Source: an uncultured cyanobacterium
GTDB lineage: Bacteria > Cyanobacteriota > Cyanobacteriia > Cyanobacteriales > Nostocaceae
DNA: 64,000 nucleotides
Direction: 5' to 3'
Assembly (NCBI GenBank): GCA_963740315.1
Contig: CAVUDP010000004.1
Coordinates: 256,001-320,000 of the forward strand
The notes under the pieces were generated by a model. It saw only the letters and a list, made by a program, of their open reading frames with translations, made no database searches and had not been told where the DNA came from. Position 1 is the first letter of the stretch. Every line of letters begins with the position of its first letter. Made by a program: the position numbers and the translations under genes. Positions 1 to 9,990 of the stretch are shown in pieces.

Positions 1-3000
1 AAAGTGATATCGCCACCTGTATTGCTGCGAGTTTCGGCGGATATTGTACCGCGATCGAGGTTGAGGGTACCTGCTGTCAGTTCGATATTACCACCGATTC
101 CAGTTCCTTGACTGTCAACTGAAATTTGAGCGCCGTTTTTAATATTTACGGTTTCTGGGTCGATGATTATACTACCACCGTTACCTGTGGAATTTTCTGT
201 GGTGTTGGCGAAGATTCCGGTTTCTGTTCCCGTAAGAGTGAGGTTGTCTTTGATATTTAAGGTGATGTTGCCAGCTTTTTCGCTACTTGAAGTGGAAGTG
301 CGAATTTGTCCACCTTTGCTAGCTTCTAGTGAATTACTTGTAACTATTATGTTTCCCGCTTTACCTTCACCAAAAGTATCGGCTGATATCTGTCCTCCAT
401 CGCTAACTTTTAAGCTTTCTGTATTAATCTTCAAATTACCGCCATTTCCAATAGCTCTAGAATCAACTTCTGCTCTTAAAGCACTACCGATACCGTTTGA
501 TACACCACCGATTACTTCTACTTCTTTGGCTGTGACTTGTAAATTTCCGGCATCTCCTTGACCAAAAGTGTTAACTGCTACTTGTCCACCATCCGCAATA
601 CGTAAATTTTCCGCGTTAATTATTAAGCTACTTGCGTTACCAGTTGCGCCACTTTCTACTTGAGCAATCAATCTACTAGGAAGTTTACCGCTTGGAGAAT
701 TCTCACTACCAATCACTTCAATTGATTTTGCTTTGACTTTAAGTTCCCCAACTGTTCCCGAACCAAATGTGCTAGATATTACCTGCGCTCCATCAGCAAT
801 AATGAAATTATCGGTTTCAATAGATAATTCTCCTCCATCTCCACTCGCAAACAAAAAAACATTGCCAGCATTAGTTCCTATGCTACTTGGAAATATAGCA
901 TTTGGTGTTCGACCAATTACTTTTACTGACTCAGCCTTAATTGATAATCTTCCCGCATCACCCTTAGTAAGAGTTGCAGATGATATTTGTCCTCCATCAG
1001 CAACCAATAAACTTCCCGTTTCGATGGTTAAATTACCTCCAGCACCCTCTTGAGGTTCTGCATCTTCACTGGGGATTTCACTTGCGGTTATTAACCTGCT
1101 GGGAATACCATCATTATTAGCGCCAATTACTTCTATTTCTTGTGCTGTTATCTTTAAATTTCCAGCATTATTATTGTTAACTGTAGCAGTTGAAATCTGC
1201 CCTCCATCAGCAACAAGCAGGCGTTTAGTTTCTATAGTTAAATTACCCCCAGAACCACCCTTAGTTTCTGCTTCTGTACTTGAAAATATGGTGCTAGAAG
1301 TATTCGCCGATTCACCAATAACTTCTACTCGATCGGCTCTAATGTTTAAGTTTCCAGCATTTCCCTCGCCAAAAGTACCAGATGATATCTGTCCGCCACC
1401 AGCAATTCGTAAACCTCCAGCTTCTATGTTAATATTCCCTGCATTTCCGCGACCATTTGGATTAACTTGAGCAGCTATAGCCGATTCATTAAGAATTTCT
1501 AGCGTCTGGGCTTTAATATCTACATCTCCGCCATTCCCAGTTGTATTACTAGCCACAAGAGATGTTATTTCTCCTCTATCATCAATAATCAAACTTCCTG
1601 TATCAACTGTTATATTACCAGCATTCCCAGAACTTCCTAAAACCTGACTAGTTAAAAGAGCTTTATTTATATAAGTAGATTCGCTCGCTTTAACATTTAT
1701 ATTGCCAGAATTTACTTTTCCCAGGGTACCAGCAACTAATCTAGAAAAATTTGTAATAGATACATTTTTAGCTATTAAGTTAATATCGCCTGTCTGTTCA
1801 GAGGGAATAGTATCGCTAAAACTAAAACTTAATAAAAAGCTATCATTAACTGAAATTGTATCCTTGCTACTAAGAAAAATATCTCCTCCTAGCAAACCAA
1901 GAGATATGATGTTAGCTTGAGGATTGATGATTATGTTCTCATTTGCTAATAAGGTAGCGTTACCAGCATTCCCAAAAAAGGGACCGAAATCAGTTTGAGA
2001 AAATGCAGAGACAAGAATTGATTGATTGAGTGTAATATTACTGCGAGAATCTATAGTAACTGAGCCACCCCCAAAATCATCTCTTGCGTCAATAAAACCT
2101 ACAGTAATACCATTTGGCGAACTTAGAGATAAATTAGGTTTATACTGATTTGTTAAAAATACTTGACCTCCATCAGTAAAGTCAAAAACTGATATTGCAC
2201 CCCCAATATTAATATCCGCATTTGTTCCATTTCCTCTAGGGTTAGGAACAGTCGAAAAACCATCGCTATTACCTACAATTCCCGGCTTTCTAAAAGCTGT
2301 AGTTCCCGCTCTAATATCCAAAGTTGGTTTACTATTCCCATCAATATCAACTACAGTTTTACCATCTGAAAGGGTTACTTGTTCTTGAATCGAATTCTCT
2401 GCTGTATCAGTACCCGTAATCTTGATATCTCCAGGAATATTTACGTTTCCACCAGCAAAGATATGTAAAGATGCTCCCGTATAATTATCAAAACTCACAT
2501 CACCACTAGCATGAATTACCGGATCGTAAGGGCTATATAAACTCCCCAAACTACCATTCTTATTTTCAATCTGAAAACTTCCACCACTTTGGAAACGTGC
2601 ATCACCATTCACGGCAATCGCACTCCTTAAAATCATATCCCCAGCAGAAAACAAACCACTATTAGGATGATTCAAAGCAAAAATATCTACAGTTTCCTTA
2701 CCTTGAATTAATAAATTACCACCAGCAGCAGCAATAAAAGGTTTTTCTACACTATCCCTTATATTTACAGTATCTTGCGCCCTTAACGTCAAATCCTTCC
2801 CCGCTTCAACCCTTCCCCGTAAATTCAAATTATTTGCATTCAAACTCAAATCTTTTCCAACAACCAAATTCCCTCGATTCTCAATATCTCCCCCACCTTC
2901 AAACTGCAAACCGATGGGTGGTTTCACATTTACGCTCAATAAAGGAGGAGCGCTGGGATTTATGGCACTATATTTTTTATCGTTTCCTAAATCAATACTG

Positions 3001-3440
3001 CTTGCTGTAGAAGCGAAAAACGAACCTTTAATATCTAAACTCGCATTCTCACCAAAAATAATTCCGTTGGGATTGAGAAAAAATAGATTAGCATCTCCTA
3101 AAACTCCCAACTTGCCAAAAATTAGAGATGGATTGCTTCCGGTGACACGACTAAAAATACTTTCAATCGCTACAGGGTTACTAAAATAAGCTTCTTTTCC
3201 CTCACCAATATTAAATTCTGTAAAACTGTGGAATAAATTACTACCGCGAATTGCTCCACCATCGATTCTTTCAAGCTGTGAATTTACGGGTGTGACAACA
3301 GAATTTTCTGTACCTAAAGTATCATCCGGGGTAATCTGAGCTAAAGCTTGATTTCGGGGAAAAACAATTGTTATCCCAGATAAGAATAACCAAAGGATTA
3401 TCCAAGGTTTATTAAGATGATATTGCATTTTTTGAAACAT
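1..3440 (-). CDS. Filamentous haemagglutinin family exoprotein with N-terminal TPS (haemagglutination activity) domain; runs off the left window edge
   Basis: Not in the ORF track (no stop in window). Manual translation from ATG 3440: MFQKMQYH...ALAQITPDDTLG...GGAIRGSNLFHSFTEFNIGEG...IFSRVTGSNPSLIFGKLGVLGDANLFFLNPNGIIFGENASLDIKGSF, then ~65-70 aa beta-helix repeats (GNAGNL...ADGGQISxxTFG). Confidence 0.93.
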   Translation of the reverse strand, partial: MFQKMQYHLNKPWIILWLFLSGITIVFPRNQALAQITPDDTLGTENSVVTPVNSQLERIDGGAIRGSNLFHSFTEFNIGEGKEAYFSNPVAIESIFSRVTGSNPSLIFGKLGVLGDANLFFLNPNGIIFGENASLDIKGSFFASTASSIDLGNDKKYSAINPSAPPLLSVNVKPPIGLQFEGGGDIENRGNLVVGKDLSLNANNLNLRGRVEAGKDLTLRAQDTVNIRDSVEKPFIAAAGGNLLIQGKETVDIFALNHPNSGLFSAGDMILRSAIAVNGDARFQSGGSFQIENKNGSLGSLYSPYDPVIHASGDVSFDNYTGASLHIFAGGNVNIPGDIKITGTDTAENSIQEQVTLSDGKTVVDIDGNSKPTLDIRAGTTAFRKPGIVGNSDGFSTVPNPRGNGTNADINIGGAISVFDFTDGGQVFLTNQYKPNLSLSSPNGITVGFIDARDDFGGGSVTIDSRSNITLNQSILVSAFSQTDFGPFFGNAGNATLLANENIIINPQANIISLGLLGGDIFLSSKDTISVNDSFLLSFSFSDTIPSEQTGDINLIAKNVSITNFSRLVAGTLGKVNSGNINVKASESTYINKALLTSQVLGSSGNAGNITVDTGSLIIDDRGEITSLVASNTTGNGGDVDIKAQTLEILNESAIAAQVNPNGRGNAGNINIEAGGLRIAGGGQISSGTFGEGNAGNLNIRADRVEVIGESANTSSTIFSSTEAETKGGSGGNLTIETKRLLVADGGQISTATVNNNNAGNLKITAQEIEVIGANNDGIPSRLITASEIPSEDAEPQEGAGGNLTIETGSLLVADGGQISSATLTKGDAGRLSIKAESVKVIGRTPNAIFPSSIGTNAGNVFLFASGDGGELSIETDNFIIADGAQVISSTFGSGTVGELKVKAKSIEVIGSENSPSGKLPSRLIAQVESGATGNASSLIINAENLRIADGGQVAVNTFGQGDAGNLQVTAKEVEVIGGVSNGIGSALRAEVDSRAIGNGGNLKINTESLKVSDGGQISADTFGEGKAGNIIVTSNSLEASKGGQIRTSTSSSEKAGNITLNIKDNLTLTGTETGIFANTTENSTGNGGSIIIDPETVNIKNGAQISVDSQGTGIGGNIELTAGTLNLDRGTISAETRSNTGGDIT

Positions 3441-3703
3441 TGATTTTTAATACAGACGTTTAAGCCTTATATCAATACATGAAAGAATACCAAGGCTTTG
3501 ATAAATTTATTTTACGTAGAAAGTATTTTAAGGGTAAATACTGAATCAATCTATATTTTTTAACGAAAATACACGCTAATTATAATTTTTTAGCAATCGC
3601 GATCGCAATTAATTTACTTACTGTCTCATTTTCATCAGAAAAAGACGCAGCAACGCTACGTCTTCATACAACATACATAAACGAGGATAAAACCTTTAGT
3701 AAA

Positions 3704-4219
3704 TTACAACCAACGGGAACCGTTAGCAACCCCACGAATTTGAGTCAAGAATCTTTGTAAACCAATTCGATTTTGATAGTAATCGAAAGTTGAGCCATTG
3801 CTATAAAAAAGCTTGGCATAGCCATTATCAACCCAAAATCTTTGTTGTGTATAACGTTTAAAATTAGTTCCAGCACAGCTTAAACGAGGAGTAGTTACAG
3901 GAAAACCGCTTTGAGGATTTAAACCACCAGTTTGTACCAAGCAGTTAGCTTCATCTAAAAATCTTGAAATTATTCTTTTTTCTCGCAATGAAATGTTAAC
4001 TCCAGCTTTTCCACCGGCAGTATGGTTGTAAGCTCCAAATCCCGGCTTTTTAACTGTTGGATTTCCAGAATAATTATTAACTTTATTCAGAATCTGCAAA
4101 ACTTCTTGAGCTTCTTGTTGAGTTGGTTTTGCATCAGCAGAATTTGAGGTAGATGCAATTATTCCGGGAATAACTAATGCTGTAGATAAAAAGAATGCGG
4201 CTAATTTGTTGGTTTTCAT
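3704..4219 (-). CDS. Secreted hypothetical protein
   Basis: Likely start MKTNKLAAFFLSTALVIPG at 4219; signal peptide ending in ADA; the ORF-track extension to 4279 lies in the shared leader sequence. Confidence 0.75.
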   Translation of the reverse strand: MKTNKLAAFFLSTALVIPGIIASTSNSADAKPTQQEAQEVLQILNKVNNYSGNPTVKKPGFGAYNHTAGGKAGVNISLREKRIISRFLDEANCLVQTGGLNPQSGFPVTTPRLSCAGTNFKRYTQQRFWVDNGYAKLFYSNGSTFDYYQNRIGLQRFLTQIRGVANGSRWL

Positions 4220-4284
4220 TTTAATATATCCTTTAATTTGTAAAAAACTACTAGCTGATTTTGCCTTCTTATTAATCAATTGGT

Positions 4285-4980
4285 TTAGTTGGTTAATTCA
4301 TCATCTTTGACTTTTCTTAAAGGCTTAACTTCCCCATAGACAGTTGAACCAGCGCAGCTTCCCACTTTTTGCGAACCCTTAAATTTACATTTTTCAAAAT
4401 CTTCGTTTGTCATATTCTCTATAACTTGACCATCTAGATTTAAACAAACAAAGCGGGGTGCGCTTCTCCAGCTAATATCACGCTGATGCTCTTTAAAGTT
4501 TTTCTCTACTTCAACCGAGAAGGTTCCTTTTTTGATAACTTTCATACCCGGTTTATCATATTTACCGTCGTAAATCATGTACGATAATTGATTATCACCA
4601 GGTTGAACGACAAATTTACTTCCTCTATGTTTGGTTCCAAAATCAAAACCTATTTTTTGTGATTTACCATTTTTTTCGTATTTAAGGTCTGTATAAGGAA
4701 TTTTATTAGAAATGTCTACAAATTTTTCATTCGTAATTCTTACTCTTCTACCTTTTACAGCTTCTACTTCTTTATCTCGAAACCACCCAGCAACGCTTTC
4801 CTGATAATAACCGGGGCAATTTCCGACGTATTCCACCATATCAACTATTTTTTGATTTAAACTAATACCATCTCTAAATACAATACCAACATCGTCTAAT
4901 TTTTCTTGAGCGTAAGCAATAGATGACATACCGCATACAACAATAGCACTTGTAAGCAAACCAATATTGTGGAGTTTCAT
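4285..4980 (-). CDS. Secreted hypothetical protein, paralogue of 7240..7911
   Basis: Signal peptide (AYA|QE); shares VEYVGxCPG, AGWFRD, GRRVRI, PYTD, HRGSKFV, IYDGKY, FVCLN and VGSC motifs with 7240..7911. Confidence 0.85.
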   Translation of the reverse strand: MKLHNIGLLTSAIVVCGMSSIAYAQEKLDDVGIVFRDGISLNQKIVDMVEYVGNCPGYYQESVAGWFRDKEVEAVKGRRVRITNEKFVDISNKIPYTDLKYEKNGKSQKIGFDFGTKHRGSKFVVQPGDNQLSYMIYDGKYDKPGMKVIKKGTFSVEVEKNFKEHQRDISWRSAPRFVCLNLDGQVIENMTNEDFEKCKFKGSQKVGSCAGSTVYGEVKPLRKVKDDELTN

Positions 4981-5146
4981 GATTTTTATCTTGGTAGGAA
5001 TTGGGTTTTATTAATGAAATTAATTGTGAAGAGAGAGATTGAAAAATAGAAAATATATTTTATTTTTCATTCTCTATATGACTTATAGCTAGCGAAAATT
5101 GATCGAGGAAGATTGCGCTTTTTAACTTTCTAAGTTTTACGAATAC

Positions 5147-5809
5147 TTACCATTCCCAATAATAACTAGAAGGAACTTCTTTTTTTTCTTGTGGCTCTGG
5201 TTGTACGGGCTTAGTACTTTCTACTGGTGGAGTGTTCTTAGTTTGTTGCTTAGGAGGTTCATTGACATATATAGTATCTTTTCCTTGTTCTACAAGAGGT
5301 GTTTTTAAATTTCGAGGCAAAAGTCGAACAGAAACACTATTATTTCTAGAAGCAAAATAGTATTCATAACCTTTAGATAAACCACCTCGATTTAAGGTAT
5401 AAGTAGTTTTTTGAGTGCCACTTCTTACGGTATTATTGTCAAATGTAACTACAGCGTGGTCGCTTTCTCTATTACAACTATTAGAACCTCCACCAACTTT
5501 ATGAATACGTTGATATGTGGGATTTAGTCTATAGGAACTTCCGTTCAGTGAATAATAAACAACATTACGAGTTCGATTGACGAGACGATATTTTGTAGGA
5601 GGAGTAACAACTGCCAAACAAGAAGTTTCCTGTTTTGGTGCATGAACATGAGGTTTACATACCCATGTCCAAGAACCGGGAAAACCTAAACTTTGTTTGT
5701 AGCATTTTTTATGAGCGTATGCTGGTTGAGATGATAATCCAATACTTGACACTACTCCTAAAGTAAATACTGTTAATGCAGATGCTATTTTTAAGTTTTG
5801 AAGTTTCAT
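5147..5809 (-). CDS. Secreted hypothetical protein
   Basis: Signal peptide (PAYA|H); Cys-containing N-terminal part; central domain resembles 5973..6416; P/E/K-rich tail. Confidence 0.8.
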   Translation of the reverse strand: MKLQNLKIASALTVFTLGVVSSIGLSSQPAYAHKKCYKQSLGFPGSWTWVCKPHVHAPKQETSCLAVVTPPTKYRLVNRTRNVVYYSLNGSSYRLNPTYQRIHKVGGGSNSCNRESDHAVVTFDNNTVRSGTQKTTYTLNRGGLSKGYEYYFASRNNSVSVRLLPRNLKTPLVEQGKDTIYVNEPPKQQTKNTPPVESTKPVQPEPQEKKEVPSSYYWEW

Positions 5810-5845
5810 TGCGGTTGTCTCCCAAATTGTATTTTTAGAAAAAAG

Positions 5846-5933
5846 TTAACAGTTGAAGTTGTCTTCTTATTAATCAATTGGTCTAGTTGGTTAAGCAGTA
5901 TGCAGTTTGATTTAAAATATTTTCTGCGAATTT
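5846..5933 (-). promoter_or_regulatory. Shared upstream leader/promoter element, copy upstream of 5147..5809
   Basis: Plus-strand cttcttattaatcaattggtctagttggttaagcagtatgcag...ttttctgcgaattt is nearly identical to 6444..6524 and partly to 4262..4296. Confidence 0.6.
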
Positions 5934-5972
5934 ATTTATATATACTGTTAACCAACTAAAACCTTTTACTAT

Positions 5973-6416
5973 TTACTTCCTTTTTAGATCGATACCTCTA
6001 CCTGCTGTTTGCCAACGAACCGTTTCAAATGAGTATTCACCATCATTTAAGGTATATGTTTGACGTTGATAACCGGGAATAAATGCTCTATCAAAAGTCA
6101 ATGCTGCTTGTCCTGTAGTAGTCCAATTTACACAAGCTCCGGGTCGTAAAGAAGCAGATTTGGCAACAATTGAATAAAGAACAGTAGTATTTGTTTGATT
6201 GCAAATTCTAAATTTAGCGTGTAAATCACTTCCTACATAACCGTTAGGATTAGTTGGATCGATATCACGTCCTATTTTGCGAATCTCACTATTCTTATTA
6301 AAAGGGTCTAATTTTTTGAAAACACCAGCTTCAGCAGGTTGCACAAAATTAATAATACTTCCAAAAGCGATACCAATTGCAGCAGTTCCGAGGATAATTT
6401 TCTTTAAGCTAATCAT
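5973..6416 (-). CDS. Secreted hypothetical protein
   Basis: Signal peptide (PAEA|G); GGAG RBS upstream; C-terminal domain resembles 5147..5809. Confidence 0.8.
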   Translation of the reverse strand: MISLKKIILGTAAIGIAFGSIINFVQPAEAGVFKKLDPFNKNSEIRKIGRDIDPTNPNGYVGSDLHAKFRICNQTNTTVLYSIVAKSASLRPGACVNWTTTGQAALTFDRAFIPGYQRQTYTLNDGEYSFETVRWQTAGRGIDLKRK

Positions 6417-6443
6417 TGTATGTCTCCTTAAGATTACGAAAAA

Positions 6444-6524
6444 TTAACGGTTGAACTTGTCTTCTATTAATCAATTGGTCTAGTTGTTTAAGCTGTATGC
6501 AGGGTTATGATTTTTCTGCGAATT
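6444..6524 (-). promoter_or_regulatory. Shared upstream leader/promoter element, copy upstream of 5973..6416
   Basis: cttctattaatcaattggtctagttgtttaagctgtatgcag...ttttctgcgaattt. Confidence 0.6.
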
Positions 6525-6541
6525 TTTTTATCTAAAAAATA

Positions 6542-6570
6542 GAAGAGACGCTGTATTACAACGTCTCTTC
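6542..6570. repeat. REP-like palindrome (gagacg...cgtctc family)
   Basis: gaagagacgctgtattacaacgtctcttc. Confidence 0.7.
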
Positions 6571-6633
6571 ACAAGATTTATTATTAATGTTGTTCATTTG
6601 TTTTATATCTTTCCTTACTGGATACAATACTTC

Positions 6634-6807
6634 TCAAACCATAGGAGCCATACTAGAAACACATCCTATCTTCGCAGTGAAATTTGGATTTTCGTAAATA
6701 AACTCGCTATAGTCAGCTAAGTCATCTATTCCAACTAAGTTGAGGATAATTTCCGTTGCTAACCAAAAGGAAATTTTTACTAATAATTTTTGCCAACGTA
6801 TATTCAT
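6634..6807 (-). CDS. Small (57 aa) hypothetical membrane-associated protein
   Basis: Below the ORF-track cutoff. MNIRWQKLLVKISFWLATEIILNLVGIDDLADYSEFIYENPNFTAKIGCVSSMAPMV*, with GAGGG RBS; resembles a small cyanobacterial protein family (recalled, not searched). Confidence 0.65.
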   Translation of the reverse strand: MNIRWQKLLVKISFWLATEIILNLVGIDDLADYSEFIYENPNFTAKIGCVSSMAPMV

Positions 6808-6977
6808 AATTCCCTCTTTAAACTCATACTAGGGAAGATCATTTTTTTAACCTTACTTATTTATTAGTGTCAGAGTTTGAATGTTATGCAGTTGGGGGAT
6901 AGATTCTACAAAAATAATCTGCGACAATTAATTATGTGTTGTGTGAAGTCCTTATATTCATATCTTGCACCGCACAT

Positions 6978-7045
6978 GAGAAACCCGGTTTCTTACAAAT
7001 TGTTAAACGAAAAAATCATGTTTTAGGAGAAGAAACCGGGTTTCT
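6978..7045. repeat. Inverted palindromic doublet agaaacccggtttct...agaaaccgggtttct
   Basis: Two 15-bp imperfect palindromes in inverted orientation. Confidence 0.7.
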
Positions 7046-7118
7046 TTTTGTTGATCTGTTAGAGACGTTGCAGTGCTATGTCGGTACATTAAAAATTTTT
7101 CTAGTTTTAACGCTGCTG

Positions 7119-7237
7119 CATCCACTCTTTTAAGCAATTTACATTTCTTCACGATTTACTGCGACGAGTGGTTTTTTGTAACTATCTTAATCGTTTCTTT
7201 TGCCGCAGCAGCGCCAACGGGGTGAAAGTGCAGTCGT
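7119..7237 (-). pseudogene. Decayed internal fragment of bioF
   Basis: Aligns codon by codon with intact bioF 8350..8469 ([40 protein letters not shown] versus TTALSP/VGAAAAKETIKIVTK/TRRSKS*RNVNCLKEWM), with frameshifts and a stop. Confidence 0.75.
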
Positions 7238-7239
7238 AT

Positions 7240-7911
7240 TTATTTTTGATATCTATCTAAATATCTGATTTTACCGTAAATAGTTTCTCCATTACAGCTT
7301 CCTACTTCTTGTGCAGCTGGATATTGACAGTTATCTAAAGATTCTTCTTCTACAATTTGACCTTTTTGATTTAAACAAACGAAGTAAAGATTGCTTCTCC
7401 ACTCAATGTCACGTTGATACTCCCGAACTTTTGGTTTTACTTCAACTGAAAAACTTCCTTTTTTTATAACTTGCATATTAGATTTACCGTATTTGCCATC
7501 ATAAATTAGATAAGTAAATTGATTTACACCAGGTTTAATTACAAATTTACTTCCTCTGTGACTGGTATCAAAATCAAAACCGATGATTTGAGAAGTATCA
7601 TTTTTTGTATATTTGCGATCGGTATATGGAACCCTATTTGTAATATCTCGGAATTTTTCATTAATAATTCTCACCCTTCTACCTTTCTTTGTTGGTACTT
7701 CTCGATCGCGAAACCAACCAGCAATATTTTCCCTGTACCAACCCGGACAAGTTCCGACATACTCTACTGCATCAACTATTTTTTTATTTAAACTAGTACC
7801 ATCATTAAATATAATACCTACATCTGCTAATTTTTCCCGTGCGTAAGTAATAGATGTCATATCACATAAAAAAATAGCACCTGTGAGCAAAAATAAATTC
7901 TGAAGTTTCAT
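7240..7911 (-). CDS. Secreted hypothetical protein, paralogue of 4285..4980
   Basis: Signal peptide (TYA|RE); extensive identity to 4285..4980. Confidence 0.85.
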   Translation of the reverse strand: MKLQNLFLLTGAIFLCDMTSITYAREKLADVGIIFNDGTSLNKKIVDAVEYVGTCPGWYRENIAGWFRDREVPTKKGRRVRIINEKFRDITNRVPYTDRKYTKNDTSQIIGFDFDTSHRGSKFVIKPGVNQFTYLIYDGKYGKSNMQVIKKGSFSVEVKPKVREYQRDIEWRSNLYFVCLNQKGQIVEEESLDNCQYPAAQEVGSCNGETIYGKIRYLDRYQK

Positions 7912-8115
7912 CTTTTTTACTGTTCTACGTCGATACTTATGATTCGGTCAAATTCTGTTTAATTATGATTTTGTACGAGAACTCGACTATTTGCAATGCG
8001 CGAATTCAAACGATCGAGGCAATCTCTGCACTCATCGGAGATAATAGCTGCTATATATGCCGCGTTCGATATTACAAAGACGTAGCACTGCTATATCTCT
8101 ACATTATTTAATTAA

Positions 8116-9273
8116 TTAATTAAATTTTTTTAACACTTCTACTAATTTCTCAATATGACTTGGCTGATGAGTTGCCATTAAAGAAATACGAATCCGACTC
8201 GTAGGAACTGTAGGGGGACGAATCGCTGGGGCAAAAATCCCCGATTCTTTAAGATAATTCCCGATTTTTAACGCTTCTGCTGCACTTTCTACCTGAAAAC
8301 AAATAATTGCTGATTCTGATGGCAATATTTGCAAGTTTGGCAGATTAGACATCAAGTCTTTCAAATAATTTATATTTTCCCACAATCGATCGCGACAAGT
8401 GGGTTCTTTTTTAACTATATTAATTGCCGACAAAGCCGCAGCAGTATCGGCTGGTGTTAGTGCGGTGGTGTAAATCCAAGTCGCAGCGCGATTTCGTAAA
8501 AAGTCGATTAAATTATTACTTCCGGCAACGTAACCGCCCAAACTGCCCAAAGCTTTACTTAAAGTACCAACTTGAATTAACTGCCTATTCGTACAACCGA
8601 AATGTTCTACGCAGCCAGCACCATTTTTTCCTAACACCCCAGTAGCGTGAGCTTCATCCACGAGCAACATACAGCTAAATTCTTCAGCAATATCTAATAA
8701 TGTTTTTACTGGACACAAATCACCATCCATGCTAAAAACACTATCGGTAATTATCAAACAGCGGCGATAACTTTGGCGAACTTCTTGCAACTTACTTTTC
8801 AAAACTGCAACATTGCAATGGGGATACTCAATAATCGCAGCACCACTGAGAATTGCCCCATTTTTTAAACTCGAATGATTGTACTCGTCAGATAAGATTA
8901 AATCCCGTTTACCAACTACGGCAGTAATTGCACCCAAATTTGCTAAATATCCCGAACTGAATACTAAAGCATCTGCCGTTTGTTTGAGAGACGCGATCGC
9001 ATTTTCTAGCTCACCGTGTAATTCCCGATGCCCGCTGAGTAATCTAGAACCAGTACTACCAGTCCCCAAATTTTGAGTTGCAGTAGTTGCAGCCTGAATT
9101 AAACGTTCATCCCCTGCCAAACCTAGATAATCATTACTGGCAAAATTAATTACCTCGCGCCCCTGCAAAACCACCGTAGCACCAGCGCCACCGTGGATCG
9201 ACTGCACCGAACGGTACCAATTAGCGCGGTGAATAGTTGCCAAAGATTGCTCTAGCCAAGCATAAGAATTCAT
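8116..9273 (-). CDS. bioF: 8-amino-7-oxononanoate synthase
   Basis: [43 protein letters not shown] (PLP lysine), AIRPPTVP. Confidence 0.96.
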   Translation of the reverse strand: MNSYAWLEQSLATIHRANWYRSVQSIHGGAGATVVLQGREVINFASNDYLGLAGDERLIQAATTATQNLGTGSTGSRLLSGHRELHGELENAIASLKQTADALVFSSGYLANLGAITAVVGKRDLILSDEYNHSSLKNGAILSGAAIIEYPHCNVAVLKSKLQEVRQSYRRCLIITDSVFSMDGDLCPVKTLLDIAEEFSCMLLVDEAHATGVLGKNGAGCVEHFGCTNRQLIQVGTLSKALGSLGGYVAGSNNLIDFLRNRAATWIYTTALTPADTAAALSAINIVKKEPTCRDRLWENINYLKDLMSNLPNLQILPSESAIICFQVESAAEALKIGNYLKESGIFAPAIRPPTVPTSRIRISLMATHQPSHIEKLVEVLKKFN

Positions 9274-9348
9274 AATAATAAGGTCAAAGGTTAAAGGTTA
9301 TAGGTTGTAATTTATAACTTCTAACTCTTAACTGCTCACTGCTCACTG

Positions 9349-9990
9349 TTAACTGTTAACTGATTCGCTGCTGCTTAGATGCGCGATCGCTTGTTTGATC
9401 CAATCTTCGACGAAGGCATCTTTTGGTAATCCAATATCTTCGCCGACGACGTGTAAAGCATAGCTGACTTCGTTGGCAGTGTAGCCCAAAGCAAGTAAAG
9501 TCATTTGCACTTCATCGAGAATTCCGGGTGCTGGACCACCTGTAGCCACGAAGAAACCAGCATTTTTACGCCAGTCAATCAATTTGCTTTTTAGTTCCAA
9601 ACAAATTCGTTCGGCGGTTTTCTTACCGACACCGGGAGCTTGAATTAATAATTGAACGTTAGCAGCAATAATTGACTGAACTAACTCAGGTAGTTCCAAA
9701 GTATCCAGCAAAGCAATAGCTAAAGCAGCACCAATGCCGCTAACACCGATCAAAAAGCGAAATAAATCACGTTCTGCTGGCGTACTAAATCCGTAAAGTA
9801 ATGGTACCTCTTCCCGGACTTGATAATGGGTAAAGACTTGCACTTCACCCCCCGAATCCGGTAACAGAGTAGCCAATCGTGCGGGAACTTGTAAATCGTA
9901 CCCGATACCGTTCACCTCTAAGGTGAGAATTTGACGATTAGCGCTATTTTTCTGGATACCAGCAACGATTCCTTTGAGATAACTAATCAT
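9349..9990 (-). CDS. ruvA: Holliday junction branch migration protein RuvA
   Basis: [41 protein letters not shown]. Confidence 0.96.
   Translation of the reverse strand: MISYLKGIVAGIQKNSANRQILTLEVNGIGYDLQVPARLATLLPDSGGEVQVFTHYQVREEVPLLYGFSTPAERDLFRFLIGVSGIGAALAIALLDTLELPELVQSIIAANVQLLIQAPGVGKKTAERICLELKSKLIDWRKNAGFFVATGGPAPGILDEVQMTLLALGYTANEVSYALHVVGEDIGLPKDAFVEDWIKQAIAHLSSSESVNS

Noticed and set aside
163..3189. Plus-strand ORFs 163..561, 733..1053, 1174..1470, 1702..1920 and 2914..3189
   Set aside because: Antisense shadows of the minus-strand haemagglutinin gene.
3704..7911. Secreted-gene cluster as an integron cassette array
   Set aside because: No integrase, and no attC-like RYYYAAC...GTTRRRY hairpins at gene ends; the shared element is upstream and promoter-like.
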